Position numbers and translations under genes: made by a program
In this document: piece after piece, positions 9,944 through 20,949 of the stretch
Numbering within the stretch: the stretch's first letter is position 1
Layout of the letters: each line of letters opens with the position of its first letter
NCBI GenBank assembly: GCA_963841435.1
Contig: CAWJCS010000006.1
Span: 96,001-160,000, forward strand
DNA length: 64,000 nucleotides
Direction of reading: 5' to 3'
Origin: an uncultured delta proteobacterium
GTDB taxonomy: Bacteria; Myxococcota_A; Polyangia; Polyangiales; Polyangiaceae
Notes under the pieces: generated by a model
Told to the model about the DNA's origin: nothing
Databases searched by the model: none
Seen by the model: the letters and a program-made list of their open reading frames with translations, nothing else

Positions 9944-10435
9944 TCAGCCCGCGTGCACCGCGGGCGGGTGTCGTTCGGGCGGACGAAGCTCCGCGCGCAT
10001 CATGTCGACGAAGAGGCTCGCGAGGTGGCGTCGGGTGTCCGAAGGCACCGCGTCGTCGAGCCAGCGGTCGAGGGTCGCGTCTTCCCGGGCAGCGTGCTCG
10101 GTGAGAAGCGTTGCAAACTCCGAGAGCGTGAGCTTCGTTAGCGTGTGGAGATCGCAGCCAAGGCCGATCTCCATGGCGAGGTGGCGGAGGCGCCCGTGAT
10201 CGGCGCAGAGCTCGTGCACCTCGTCCGGATGGATTCGCTCCACCAGAGGGAAGAGCGACTGTTCTTCGAGCTCCAGATGTCGAAACAACCGGCGCTCGAA
10301 CGCCGTCCACACGGCCTGCAGCCGTCGGGGATCAGCGTCGTCCGTGGCTGCCAGCGCCCGGCGCAGCGCATCATCGAGCGCTGCGTGCTCCTGCCGGTGC
10401 TGGCGGCGAATTTCCTTTAGCAGCACAGTGGTCAT
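9944..10435 (-). CDS. Hemerythrin-domain protein
   Basis: QEHAALD, RHLELEEQSLFP, ADHGRL, EHAARED metal-ligand pattern. Confidence 0.85.
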   Translation of the reverse strand: MTTVLLKEIRRQHRQEHAALDDALRRALAATDDADPRRLQAVWTAFERRLFRHLELEEQSLFPLVERIHPDEVHELCADHGRLRHLAMEIGLGCDLHTLTKLTLSEFATLLTEHAAREDATLDRWLDDAVPSDTRRHLASLFVDMMRAELRPPERHPPAVHAG

Positions 10436-10682
10436 GTCACATTGGGGCAGCAAGAAGCGCGCCCGCTCGGAGCGTGGCGTGGCGCAAAGGGGATGGGCCA
10501 CGAGGGCGGCGAAAAGGTGCAACGAAAACGCGGGCTCGAGCGCCCACGCCCCTGGGGCAGCGTCTCGTACGCTCGGCCCGGGCGACGCAAGGTTAGCGTC
10601 CACGCCGAAGGGGCCCGCGGTATTTGCGCCGTGGCCGCGAAAGGCTCGTGCGGGGCGTCGGCGAGGTGACCCTCGCGCCGTC

Positions 10683-12224
10683 TCAGAGCTTGCCGACTCC
10701 CGCGGACGCGGGAACGACGGTCTTCACGTCGGCGGTATCCGTGAGCGCGCTCGAATAGGAGTAGGGGATGTCGGCCGTGCAGTTCGAAGGATAAGCGCGC
10801 GAGGCGTGGCTCACCTCGATGTTGTCGATCCGCTCGGTGCTGCCGGGCGCATCCGTGGGCGAGTAGATCGAGTAGTGGAGCGTCTCGTAGTAGTTCTTTT
10901 CCACCCGCACGCAGGTGCCCGCCCGGATCTCCGTGGCGTCCGTCGCCTCCACCACGTAGTTGTTGAAGAAGTGCCCGACGGCGCCTCGGTACATCGGGAT
11001 GCGTAGCTTCACGTTTTCGTAATAGTTGTGGTGAAGCGTGATCTTCCGGTCATCGTAGAGGTCGGTATCCGACGAGCCGACCAGGCCGGCCTTGTGGTGG
11101 TCGTGCAGGTAACACCAGGAAATGGTGATGAAGCCCGTCTGGTTTTTGATGTCGATGAGCCCGTCGTAAAGATCGTGGTTCGTCTGGACGTTCGGGTCCT
11201 CCGAAAAGAGCTCGCAGTGATCGATCCAGATGTTCTTGCTCGTGCCGCTGATGGAGATGGCGTCTCCGCCGTTGACCAGGATTTGCGGCAAGCCTTCGTC
11301 ACCCGTCGAGGAGTACACGCCGCTCTTGTCCGTGCGCGTCGTCACGCCCGTCATCGAGACGCGTAGATTCTGGATGATGATGTTGTTGGCACCGTTGATG
11401 TCGAGCCCGACGCCGAAGAGAAACCCGGTGCTACCAACGCCGATGAGCGACTTGTTCGACTCGACGCTGATCTTCCCCCCGTCAGGTCCGTTCGAGATCG
11501 TCCCGTCAACCATGATGACGTACGCGGTCGAGCTTTCCGCGTAAGACTTCAACTCCGCGTACGTCGAGGCCGTCACGACCTGACCCGCCTTGCCGCCCGT
11601 CGTTCCGCCGTTGAGCGTCGCGAACCCGATGGGCCCCGCGCTCGACGTACCGCCGCCCGTGCCCGCCGCGCCGGCGCCGGATGCGCCGGATGAGCCGCCT
11701 CCACCCGCTCCGGCGCCGCCCGCTCCGCTCCCTGCCGTGCCGCTCCCGCCCATCCCCGCGCCGCCCATGGCGGCGCCCGCGGTTCCCGACGACCCTGCCT
11801 GCGCGCCTCCCACGCCCGCTCCGCCGGCGCCAGCGTCGCTCCCTGCCGTGCCGGTCCCTCCCGCTCCGGTTCCCGCCGTCGTGCCTCCCGCTCCGCTGCC
11901 TCCGGCGCCGCCGTTCGCTCCCGAAGCGCCGACGCCTGCCGAGCCGCCCGAAGGATTGCCGCCCGTACCGGCTCCCGTCGCGGCGGCGCCACCTGAAGCC
12001 GCTCCTGCCGTCCCGGCGGATGCGCCACCTGCGGCCGCGCCCCCGATGGAGGTCGTGCCACCGCTCGCTGTGGCGCCACCCGATCCGGCGCCGCCCGGCG
12101 TCCCGGCGTCGGAGCATGCGGCGAGCAACACGCCGAGCGCTGCCAGCGAGGGGCGAAGGAGATGGACGGCTCGGGGACTCACGGCATCCTTATGTTGTTC
12201 CTCCTTGCCGATTCCGCTCAACAT
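10683..12224 (-). CDS. Pectate lyase (PL1) lipoprotein with Gly-rich linker
   Basis: Lipobox LLAAC; GTTGGKAG, SNKSLIG, NIWIDHCEL, ITISW, RIPMYR; start may be slightly downstream. Confidence 0.93.
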   Translation of the reverse strand: MLSGIGKEEQHKDAVSPRAVHLLRPSLAALGVLLAACSDAGTPGGAGSGGATASGGTTSIGGAAAGGASAGTAGAASGGAAATGAGTGGNPSGGSAGVGASGANGGAGGSGAGGTTAGTGAGGTGTAGSDAGAGGAGVGGAQAGSSGTAGAAMGGAGMGGSGTAGSGAGGAGAGGGGSSGASGAGAAGTGGGTSSAGPIGFATLNGGTTGGKAGQVVTASTYAELKSYAESSTAYVIMVDGTISNGPDGGKISVESNKSLIGVGSTGFLFGVGLDINGANNIIIQNLRVSMTGVTTRTDKSGVYSSTGDEGLPQILVNGGDAISISGTSKNIWIDHCELFSEDPNVQTNHDLYDGLIDIKNQTGFITISWCYLHDHHKAGLVGSSDTDLYDDRKITLHHNYYENVKLRIPMYRGAVGHFFNNYVVEATDATEIRAGTCVRVEKNYYETLHYSIYSPTDAPGSTERIDNIEVSHASRAYPSNCTADIPYSYSSALTDTADVKTVVPASAGVGKL

Positions 12225-12257
12225 TGTGGGCTCGCCACCCTTTTCCGGCGGAGGACT

Positions 12258-12638
12258 CTAGCCGTCCGCGCCGTGCGGCGCGTCCTTCGGAGGGGGATGC
12301 ATCTCCGTCACCTGGATGAGCTCGACGGACCCGTCGCCCATGAACTCGAGGGTCCGCCTGGCGCGGGCGATGGCTTCCTCCTTCGAGGCGACGTCGATCA
12401 ATGAGTAACCGCCCGCGGCCATCCAGCCCTCGCCCGCCGGCGGATCCTCCACGGTGACGTCTCCGCCCTTCGACGTGACTCGAGCGGCCGCGGTGGCCCG
12501 CTGTCCCAGCCCGCCAGTGGCGACCAGTCGACCCGACGCGATGTCCTCGCTGATCACCTGCCGCACCCGTGCGGCATGGTTCGGGTCGCGTGGGCGTGGT
12601 CGCTCGCCGGTGCTCATCACGATCAACAAAAAGCGCAT
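12258..12638 (-). CDS. YciI/DGPF-family protein
   Basis: MRFLLIV...GRLVATGGL...VTVEDPP...GGYSLIDVASKEEAI. Confidence 0.75.
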   Translation of the reverse strand: MRFLLIVMSTGERPRPRDPNHAARVRQVISEDIASGRLVATGGLGQRATAAARVTSKGGDVTVEDPPAGEGWMAAGGYSLIDVASKEEAIARARRTLEFMGDGSVELIQVTEMHPPPKDAPHGADG

Positions 12639-12898
12639 TCGGTCGCTGCTCCCTCGTTCGCTGGCTCATAAAGGAGGATTCACGCGAGTGCAAACGGAGC
12701 GAAGCGCGCCATCGAAGCGATGCATGTCGGTCGCACGAGTGAAGCGCGCTACTGGAACCGCTCCCGTGTCGCTCGGCGGTCCGCTGCGAAGTCGAGCCCG
12801 TGTCGTAGGCACGCTACTCTCGGGTGCGGCGGATCGGTATTCGACGAAATGCGTTCTTGTGGGACATGAGATGATTTGGTAACTGCGGTTGCATGCGC

Positions 12899-13753
12899 AT
12901 GCGGCTCGTTGAGCTTGCGTTCGTCGCTGCCGTCGCGAGCGTCGCAGCGAACGCCCAGGCGCTGCCCGGCGACGACGACCTTGCGCTGGCCACGTTGTCT
13001 GCGCCTCCTGTGAGCGCGGCGTCACCGAGGGAAGACAGCGCGCGCGATGCGACAAGCGTGCACCGCGACGTTCGAGGGGAAGTTCCGATATTTGCCTACA
13101 CTTACGCCGCGCGGGGCGCGCCGGCGCGTTCCGTCGGGGCACAGGGCTACGGTCTCGGGCTCGCGGCAACCGGGCAAGACGTCGTTCTAGGTGGCGGTGC
13201 CATGATCTGGTGGGCGCCGATCGAACGGCTGACGCTGACGCTCGACGCGCCACGCAACGCGTGGGGAAGATTTTCGCCCTCCGCTGCGGGGGCCTTCCGC
13301 GTCCTCGGTGGCCGTGACCCTGTCGCGCTCGCCCTGCTCGGAAAATTCAAGGTCGAAGGTTTCGCGGAGGGGCCCGACCATGACGAGGTCGAGAGCGAGG
13401 TCGAGGTCGGTGCGCTGTTCGGCTTCGCGCGCTCGGGCTGGCACCTCGATGCGAATGCAATCGCGGGGTTCGGAACGGGTGAGGAGGGTGAAAAGGACGT
13501 GGAGGCGCGCCTTCGCTTGGCTCGCGACCTCGGACGTCTCGTAGCGCTCGGAGTCGATGGTCAGGCGCGCCTCAGGGTCGGCGGGCCCCGCACCCTGCCG
13601 AACGGCCGCACCTGGGACGCCGCGGCGGGGACGCAGGTCGTCGTCGGGACGAGCGGACTTTTTGGGTCTTTTACCGCTGGTCCCGCGACGCAAGGGCTCG
13701 TAAGCACGTCGGTTGGCATGCTGGCGATGCTTGCAGTCGGTGGCACGACGTAG
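12899..13753 (+). CDS. Hypothetical exported protein, possible beta-barrel
   Basis: Signal peptide ending AQA; many alternating amphipathic strands. Confidence 0.65.
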   Translation: MRLVELAFVAAVASVAANAQALPGDDDLALATLSAPPVSAASPREDSARDATSVHRDVRGEVPIFAYTYAARGAPARSVGAQGYGLGLAATGQDVVLGGGAMIWWAPIERLTLTLDAPRNAWGRFSPSAAGAFRVLGGRDPVALALLGKFKVEGFAEGPDHDEVESEVEVGALFGFARSGWHLDANAIAGFGTGEEGEKDVEARLRLARDLGRLVALGVDGQARLRVGGPRTLPNGRTWDAAAGTQVVVGTSGLFGSFTAGPATQGLVSTSVGMLAMLAVGGTT

Positions 13754-13818
13754 CGCCGGCGACGCCCTCGGAGCATTAGTTGATCCATTCATCGCTGATC
13801 GCGTCCCAGAGATTGTGC

Positions 13819-15433
13819 ATGGTTTTGCGCCCCTCCTCTCCATGGCTTGCCTTGCTCGCAAGCGCGGCGCTTTCGGGTGCGCTCATGGCCTGTGGAGATA
13901 GCGCCACCAACACCGTTGCGTCGGCAGGCGTCGGCGGCGCGACGAACGTGGGTGGCAACGGTGCAGGCGGGGCGGGTACGAGCGGCACGAGCGGCGCGAG
14001 CGCCGCGGGTGCAGCGGCGCAGGGTGGGTCGGGCGCCGGTGGCGGGACGAACGGCGGCGCGAGCGGAACGGGTGGAGCGGCGGCCGCGGGTGCGGGTGGC
14101 GCCGCTGGTGCCGCGGCATCGTCGGGCGCCGCAGGGACCAACGAAGCGGGCGGCGCGGGTGCGATGGCGGGCGCGGCGGGGTCTGCCGGGGCGGGCGGTG
14201 ACGCGGCCGGCGCTGGCATGGGCGGCGCCTCGGCGGGGGCGAGCGGCAGCGCCGGCGCTGGGGGAATGGCGGGTGCTGCCGGTGCGGGCATGCCGGCCGA
14301 TCCCGTCTTCACGACGAACATTCGCCTCAACGACGACAACGGTCGCGCGCGGCAGGCCGAGGTCGCGATGGCCGCGGGGCCCGACGGCCTCGTCATGGCA
14401 GGGTGGATGGACGAGCGCGCGGAGCGCGTCTGCGCGTTCACGGTCTCGACGGACCGGGGGGACAGCTGGAGCACGAACGTCTCGATCGCCGTCACGCAGG
14501 GCGGCTTCGTCGGCGACCCCGCGGTGGGCATCGACGGAGGCGGCACGCTGTACGCCGGGTGTCAGGACTACGGGCAGAACCAGATCAAGCTCATGACGTC
14601 GTCCGACAAGGGCATGAACTGGTCCACGCCTCGCCTGATTCAGGACGCCCCCGACAAGCCGTGGCTCGGTGGCGGCGTCGCCGACGGCATCGTGTTCGTG
14701 TCGTGGCTCGGACAGAACGCGGGCATCAAGCGCTCTCGCGATCACGGTGCGACGTGGGATCCCATCGAGCCGCTCGGCAACATCATCCACGGCACGGCCA
14801 TCGTGGCGTCAACGTCGGGCCTCGTGCACGTCCCCTACAACCTCGATTCGGCGCGCAATCAGCTGCGGTACGTGCGCAGCAAGGACGGCGGCGACAGCTA
14901 CGAGGCGCCGCGCGACCTCGTTTCGAACATGGGCACCTTCGGCTTCAACGCCATGCCCCGCCAGCACCCGATCGTCGGCGCGGCGTCGGACCCCACGGGC
15001 CGCGTCGTCGCGATCACCTGGTCGAGCCAAATGCCCGGCGGCCAAGCGCAGGAAGACGTTCTGGTTGCTCTACTCGGACGACGGCGGCGACACCTGGACG
15101 CAGCCCATCCGCGTCAACGACAACACACAGGTCTCGCGCCAGTTCCAGCCGTGGGTCGCGATCGACGCGCACGAGCGCGTGCACGTCGCGTGGACGGATC
15201 TGCGCGACGACGGCCTGAACAAGACGTACTACGCACGCTCCGCTGATCCCCGGCAGGGCTTCGAGCCGAGCATCGAGGTGACGGACGAGCGCGGAACCGC
15301 GCAGACCGACTTTCTCGGCGACTACAAGGGCATCGTCATTTCCGGTCCCGACGTGCTGATCGTCTGGAACGATACGCGGCGCGACAGCAGTGACATCTAT
15401 TTCTCGAAGGCACCGGGCGCGGCGGGGCCGTAG
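13819..15433 (+). pseudogene. BNR/Asp-box sialidase-like beta-propeller lipoprotein; +1 frameshift near 15059
   Basis: Lipobox LMAC, Gly linker, Asp-boxes STDRGDSW, SSDKGMNW, SRDHGATW, SKDGGDSY, SDDGGDTW; removing one T at about 15059 joins the two ORFs. Confidence 0.8.
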
Positions 15434-16131
15434 TCGTCTCGGGTCGCTTTTAGGACGGTGTCTCATCGTCCTTCTGCCCCTGGGAGCCGCCGCGTGCCGT
15501 CGCGGAAGCGAGCCGGAGCGCGTCGCACCGTCGCAAAGCGCGAGCAACGATCGCGCGCTCGGCCCGTCCGCCCGGACCGCGCCCGCCGGCGCCTCGGCCC
15601 CCGCCGCCGAACGCGACCCATCGCCTGCCCGAGGACCCCATCAAGGCGCGGCAGGCGACCGAGCAGTGGAACCGGCACTTGGCGGAGGAGGAACGCGAGC
15701 GCAAACGAACCTTCGACCGGGCCCACGAGCGCGAGCACGAAGCGGTGCTCCGGGCCCTCGACCAAGCCCGCGCGCGCTACGTGTCGGCGAAGACTCCCGC
15801 GGCGGTCCGGGCGGCGAAGGCCGCGTTCCACGCATCGCGGCCGCGCCTCGAGCAGGCCATCGTGGCGCTCGACCCCGGTCGCCAGAGCTCCGAGCTCACC
15901 CACGAGTACGAGGAGATCCTCGCGCTCTTCGACGGGCCGTATCCGGAAGCGCTGCTCGTTGCGAAATCGGGCGACCGGCGTGTCGCCGATGAGCTCGGCA
16001 CGGCGATCGACGGCCGCTTGAAGAGTGCGCGTGCCTGGCTCGACGAAGGCGAGGACGACGACGACGACGAAGCGAGACGCGAAGCGCGGGAGCACGCGGC
16101 GCGAGCGCGCGAGGGCGTCCGCGCAAAGTGA
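15390..16131 (+). pseudogene. Hypothetical lipoprotein with helical domain, split by a frameshift near 15600-15625
   Basis: LIVLLPLGAAAC in one frame; charged helical domain (RLPEDPIKARQATEQWNRHLAEEERER...) in another frame with no start codon upstream of it. Confidence 0.45.
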
Positions 16132-16162
16132 GCGTACCGCTCGCCCGACTGGGAGCGAGCCG

Positions 16163-17257
16163 TCATTCGTAGCCGTAGTACGTGGCGGACACGAGCCAGC
16201 TCCCGCCGCTCGCGAGCTCGTCGAGCCCAAAGGCGAAGAGGTGCTCGCCGGGCACCGAAAGCTCCGCGCTTTCGACGACGCGCGGTGGCGTGACGCTGCC
16301 GGGACACCAGTTGGCGCGCGAAGCGCGAACGCTCGCCGGCGCCCCGCAGGGGTTCTCGGCGCAATATTCCGCGATGCTGACGAACGACGACTCGTAGCTT
16401 GCCGGCGTGCACAGGGTCGCGCAGTCGTTGCGCCAAGGAGAAAACTCGTCGAGCGTCACACCATCGAGCATGAGGACGTGCTCGCGCCGGCAGAACTCCT
16501 CGGCCGGGCCGATGCAGCTCGCGCCACCGTCGGCGGCGCCGTGGCCCGTCGCCCTGTACTCGACGACCCCCCGCGTGACGCCCTCGGGGATCGTGAACGC
16601 GACGGGTTCGGGCGATGCCTCCGTAACGCTGCCGAACACCAGCGGGAGCACTGCGACCACGCGTCGCGGCGCCGGGCCGTCGACGAGCTCGACGGTCGCG
16701 CTCACGATCCATTCGCCCTTCGTGCCTGTCACGAGCCCGTCGGCGTCGCCGTACGTCCCGATGTCAACGCCGAGCGAGTGGCCGCCCGGACGCGCGTTCA
16801 CGATGTCGGTCATGTCAACGTCGAGCTCGAGCGGTCCGCCGAACGGCGTGATGGCGCGCACGAGCTCGAGCCCGGGCGGACCCGGCGTGGCGCCCTCGGC
16901 GTCCTTCGGGTCGTCGAGGGAGACGAGCAGCCCGCGATCGAACGCGTCGCAGAGCGTGGGCCAGTTCTCACCCGGCGGCACGGTGTCGGGCGACCACTTG
17001 TCGAACGGAAAGCAGGGCGATTGGAGCGCAAGGTGCAGGGTTGCGCGTGACACCGTGCCCGCTCCCCAGTCAATCGTGTGCGTCGCGTGCTGGTAGTGGG
17101 TCGCCTCGGGGTCGCTCGAGACTTCCACGCCGTCGAAAAGGTGAATCCTCCGCGTTCCGAGCACGGGCCGAGCCGACGCTTCGCGCGAGTCGACGCTGGC
17201 GAGAGGCTCTGAGCTGCAGGCGCCCAGCGCGAGCGCAGCGAGCAACGCGCCCCTCAT
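16163..17257 (-). CDS. Peptide-N-glycosidase F-related lipoprotein
   Basis: Lipobox ALGAC; ELVRAITPFG, TGHG, EEFCRREH, SRANWCPG. Confidence 0.8.
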   Translation of the reverse strand: MRGALLAALALGACSSEPLASVDSREASARPVLGTRRIHLFDGVEVSSDPEATHYQHATHTIDWGAGTVSRATLHLALQSPCFPFDKWSPDTVPPGENWPTLCDAFDRGLLVSLDDPKDAEGATPGPPGLELVRAITPFGGPLELDVDMTDIVNARPGGHSLGVDIGTYGDADGLVTGTKGEWIVSATVELVDGPAPRRVVAVLPLVFGSVTEASPEPVAFTIPEGVTRGVVEYRATGHGAADGGASCIGPAEEFCRREHVLMLDGVTLDEFSPWRNDCATLCTPASYESSFVSIAEYCAENPCGAPASVRASRANWCPGSVTPPRVVESAELSVPGEHLFAFGLDELASGGSWLVSATYYGYE

Positions 17258-18142
17258 GGCACCTTGAACGAGCCGATGCGCGTCGCGCGCGCCCCACCGC
17301 TCTTCAGGTAGTCACCCACGTACCAGAACGTGGTGTCGTCGCTCGGGTCGATGGCCGTCGTGGTGAAGTCTTCCCAACGCAGCGTGTCGGTCTGCGACGC
17401 CTGGCCCGCGACCAACACCGTTTCCTGGAAGCCGAGCACGCCGAGCGGGTCGTCAACGGCGTGCACCGCGAAGCGCTGGCCGGGGAAGGTCGTGGCGTCT
17501 CCGAACGAATAGCCAACGCCGATGTTGCCGCGCCCGTCGATCGCCACGCTGCCCATCCAGCGGTACGACGTGTCGGGCGCGTAGGTGCTCTGCTGATGGA
17601 GCTTGGGCTTGCCGTTCGCGTCGAGGCGAAACTCGTACCAGCGAACGCCCCCGCCCCCCGCGGGGCCGTCCACCGAATGCGTGGTGACGACCGACTGATG
17701 AGTGCCGAAATTCCGGTACGAGAGGCGCTGCATCAGCTTGTCACCCTGGGCATCGAGACGCCGCGTCGTGCCGGGCTGCGGCACGCAGCTCGTGAGCTGT
17801 CCGTCGCAGAGGTAGTGATAGGGAGCAACCGCAATCTTGACGGGGCCGCTGAGCGCGGTGCCCGCGGGCGTCGTCCAGTCAACGTGGAGCTCGTAGGCGT
17901 ACACGCCGTCGTCGTCGAAGTCGTTCGAGAGCTGGGTCCCGCCGAGTGCCATCAGAATGTTCGGAGCGCCCGCTGGCGGGGGTGTTGCCGCCCTGGCCCG
18001 CCGCGGCGACTCCGCCGCTCCCCGCGACCCCGCCCGCGCCGGCGCTCTGGGCGGGACCCTGCCTGCCTTGGCAAGCCAAAGACGCGGCGGCAAGACGAAT
18101 CCCCGCGGCGCGTCCTTTCACGTTCGATCTCGAGATGGGCAT
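17254..18142 (-). pseudogene. Hypothetical lipoprotein with apparent internal deletion/frameshift
   Basis: Signal/lipobox (AAASLAC) and Gly linker in one frame join out of frame to what reads like a domain C-terminal half (CVPQPGT, GGVRWYEF, RWMGSVAID, RWEDF). Confidence 0.6.
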
Positions 18143-18354
18143 GCAGGAGCGGTGCCGGCGCGAGGTCGCCTCGGTGGGCGCCGGTGCCGTGCCTGTATGG
18201 AAGCGGCGCGACGCCACCACCTTCCAAAATTCCGCGCCCCTCGCCGTGGGGTGCGAGCGCGAACGCCTGACCCCCCATCGCGCATCGAGCAACGCCCGGC
18301 GGCGTGACCGTCGCCCGGGCGAGGTGGCGGTGCGGGTCGCGCTACGCTCCGCCC

Positions 18355-18933
18355 ATGGGCAAGAATCGACTGGAAGCGTTCAGCGACGGCGTCATCGCGA
18401 TCATCATCACCATCATGGTGCTCGAGCTGAAGGTCCCGCACGGCGAAAGCATCGAGGCACTGATGCCTCTTTTGCCCGTGGCATCGTGCTACGTGCTGAG
18501 CTTCGTGTACCTCGGCATTTACTGGAACAATCACCACCACATGCTTCACGCATCCCAGAAGGTGACGGGGTCCATCCTCTGGGCAAACCTGCACCTCTTG
18601 TTCTGGCTGTCGCTGACGCCGTTTGCGACGGCGTGGATGGGAGAAAATCACTTCGCGCCGGCGCCCACGGCGCTCTACGGTGCGATCCTGCTTTGCTCGG
18701 CCGTCGCGTACTACGTCTTGCAGCAACGCATCATCCGGTCCCAGGGCCCCGACTCTCTCCTCAAGCGAGCCATCGGCGGCGACTGGAAGGGCAAGCTGTC
18801 CCCTCTGCTCTATGCAGCCTCGATTCCCCTCGCTTTCGTCTCGCCCTGGATCTCGGTCGCGCTCTACGTGACGGTCTCGTTGATCTGGCTCGTGCCGGAC
18901 CGGCGCATCGAGCGCTTGCTGGAGAAGGCGTAG
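18355..18933 (+). CDS. TMEM175-family (DUF1211) K+ channel
   Basis: RLEAFSDGVIAIIITIMVLEL and IYWNNHHH motifs; about 6 TM segments. Confidence 0.93.
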   Translation: MGKNRLEAFSDGVIAIIITIMVLELKVPHGESIEALMPLLPVASCYVLSFVYLGIYWNNHHHMLHASQKVTGSILWANLHLLFWLSLTPFATAWMGENHFAPAPTALYGAILLCSAVAYYVLQQRIIRSQGPDSLLKRAIGGDWKGKLSPLLYAASIPLAFVSPWISVALYVTVSLIWLVPDRRIERLLEKA

Positions 18934-19039
18934 CGGCGGCGGGACCAACCGCTGAGCGGGCGTGACGGGCCCCTCGATTTGCCGGCTTTGTCCCCAAGAG
19001 CTGGCATCTTTGCCATGTAAGGTCACCCTGCTCGACCCG

Positions 19040-19249
19040 ATGAGCAAAAAGCCCGCCGCCGCCCCCGTCCCTGAAACGCCCGCAGCGCCCCCACCCGGCA
19101 GGGGCAACTCGCCGTTCGGGCAGTTTCCGAGGCCGCGCCCCGCGAAGGGCCCGAAGCAGGCGAGCGGTCGAGTGCTGCCGCCGGCTCCCGCCTGGATGCA
19201 AAAGCCGCTCAAGCCGCCCGGGCGCACCATGCCCGGCAGCGGCACCTGA
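19040..19249 (+). CDS. Small Pro/Lys-rich hypothetical protein (69 aa)
   Basis: ATG start, GC3-rich codons, fills the gap between TMEM175 and the convergent gene at 19384. Confidence 0.4.
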   Translation: MSKKPAAAPVPETPAAPPPGRGNSPFGQFPRPRPAKGPKQASGRVLPPAPAWMQKPLKPPGRTMPGSGT

Positions 19250-19383
19250 TCGAACGGCGCGCCGTCCTCACTCGAGCTCGGCGCAGCGTTTCGATAGCGG
19301 TCCCTGAAAGCCCGTGACGGGAAACGTCACCGGTGCGGTGCTCGCTTGGCCGAGCACCACGCCGAGCGCGGGCGATGAGCGCG

Positions 19384-20949
19384 CTACTCTGCGAACCCTC
19401 GCACGTACAGCCCGTCCTCATCCCCTCCGGTGTTGACGGTGTAGATGAGCGCCGAGCCGAAGGTCGCGTCGTAGTCCACGTGCTCGGCGATCAGCGTGGG
19501 CGGGGTGGGGTTGAGCTTTCCGTTCGTGCCCACGCCGCGAAAGCGCAGCGTGCCGGACGAGCTCGGCGAGTCGAAGTCATCCATGAAGACGGTGTTTCCG
19601 TGGCCCATCCAGCCGAGCACCACGACCCCGGGCGCGACGAAGTCGGTGCTGCAGTCGGCGAGCCGAGAGTGATACGCGTCGTAGCCGTCGGTGTTGGCGC
19701 GGGCCCAGAGGGCCGTTCCGGTCCCGGGCGAGAAATGCACCGATCTCGCTGGGACCGTGACGCTCGTCTCGAGCGTGCACGCTTCGGTGCCGTCGAGCTT
19801 CGAGACGAAAAGGTCCACCGAATCGGCGGTCGTGTAGTGCTTGGCGTAGGCGAGATGGCCCTGATCGCCGAGCGTTACCAGAGCCTGGACTCCGCTGTCG
19901 ATGAGCAGCCGTTCGTCGGGCGCCCCCATGGGGTCGCGAAATGCCGTGAGGTCTCCCGTGTCGGTCAGTGTCACGAGGGAGCCGTTGCGATCGAGCCCGT
20001 AGTCCCACACGTCGGCGAGCAGATCCCGAGGGTCGGTGCCGTCGGGGAACGGCGCAACTTGGAGCACGCCAACGCCTCGTTCGTCGGCGGCCCGGAGCCA
20101 GACCCAGGCCGTGCCGTCGGGTGACACGTCCCAGGCGTGGACGTCCGAAGCGACGGTGATGCGGCTTTCGGGCTCGCCGACCCGCTCGAGCTTGAGAATT
20201 TCCGGGCCCTCCGGGTCCTCGCGGGTGGTCCACGTGACGTAGCCGTCCGCGGGGAATCCGAAGCTGAAGCGGTGCACACCGCCGAGGTCCGCCCGGGTGG
20301 CTGCGATCACGGTGTCGATGGGCGTGAGCAGGGGCTCGCTCTCGCCGTCGATGGTGCCCGTGTAAAGCTCGCTCGTGACCACCGACACAATCTCGCTCCC
20401 CTGGTCGGTGGGAAACCCCAGGCAAGCGAGCGCGGTTCCATGCGGCGCGGGCGCGCAGAACGAGATGTCGAGCGCGTCGGAACGGTTCGCGAGCAGGCGC
20501 CCACCTCCCATGCCGGGTCGCCAGACGTACGGCGTGAGCGTTGCGTCGTAGTAGACGAGCGTGTCGCCGCCGAAGAATGTCCGGTGCCAACCCTCGACGG
20601 TGGGCCCGAGGTCTTCGGTCAACAGCAAGCAATTCGGATCGGGAGCGTTGCAGCTCACGGGAACGCCAGCCAACACCCGTGACACGTTGACGACGAAGAG
20701 ATTGTCCTTGTAGCCACTCGCGCGGGCGACGAAGGCGCACCAGCTGTCGCCGCCGGCGCTTGCCTTGGTGGTGCAAGCGTCACCGCCCGCAATCGTCGCC
20801 GCCGCGCCGCTGAACACGCGCGTGCCCGGTTGCGCCTCCGCTTCCGTTGCGCCCGCTTGGCCCGCTTGTCGGCCGGAGTCGCCGCACCCGACCGCAAGGA
20901 CGGCGACCCACCAAACCAGAGCCGAGCCCGGCGCGCTCACCGGTCGCAT
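19384..20949 (-). CDS. Hypothetical lipoprotein, probable beta-propeller
   Basis: Lipobox LAVGC; TolB/WD-like WDVSPDG and FSPG repeats; ATG at 20949. Confidence 0.7.
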   Translation of the reverse strand: MRPVSAPGSALVWWVAVLAVGCGDSGRQAGQAGATEAEAQPGTRVFSGAAATIAGGDACTTKASAGGDSWCAFVARASGYKDNLFVVNVSRVLAGVPVSCNAPDPNCLLLTEDLGPTVEGWHRTFFGGDTLVYYDATLTPYVWRPGMGGGRLLANRSDALDISFCAPAPHGTALACLGFPTDQGSEIVSVVTSELYTGTIDGESEPLLTPIDTVIAATRADLGGVHRFSFGFPADGYVTWTTREDPEGPEILKLERVGEPESRITVASDVHAWDVSPDGTAWVWLRAADERGVGVLQVAPFPDGTDPRDLLADVWDYGLDRNGSLVTLTDTGDLTAFRDPMGAPDERLLIDSGVQALVTLGDQGHLAYAKHYTTADSVDLFVSKLDGTEACTLETSVTVPARSVHFSPGTGTALWARANTDGYDAYHSRLADCSTDFVAPGVVVLGWMGHGNTVFMDDFDSPSSSGTLRFRGVGTNGKLNPTPPTLIAEHVDYDATFGSALIYTVNTGGDEDGLYVRGFAE

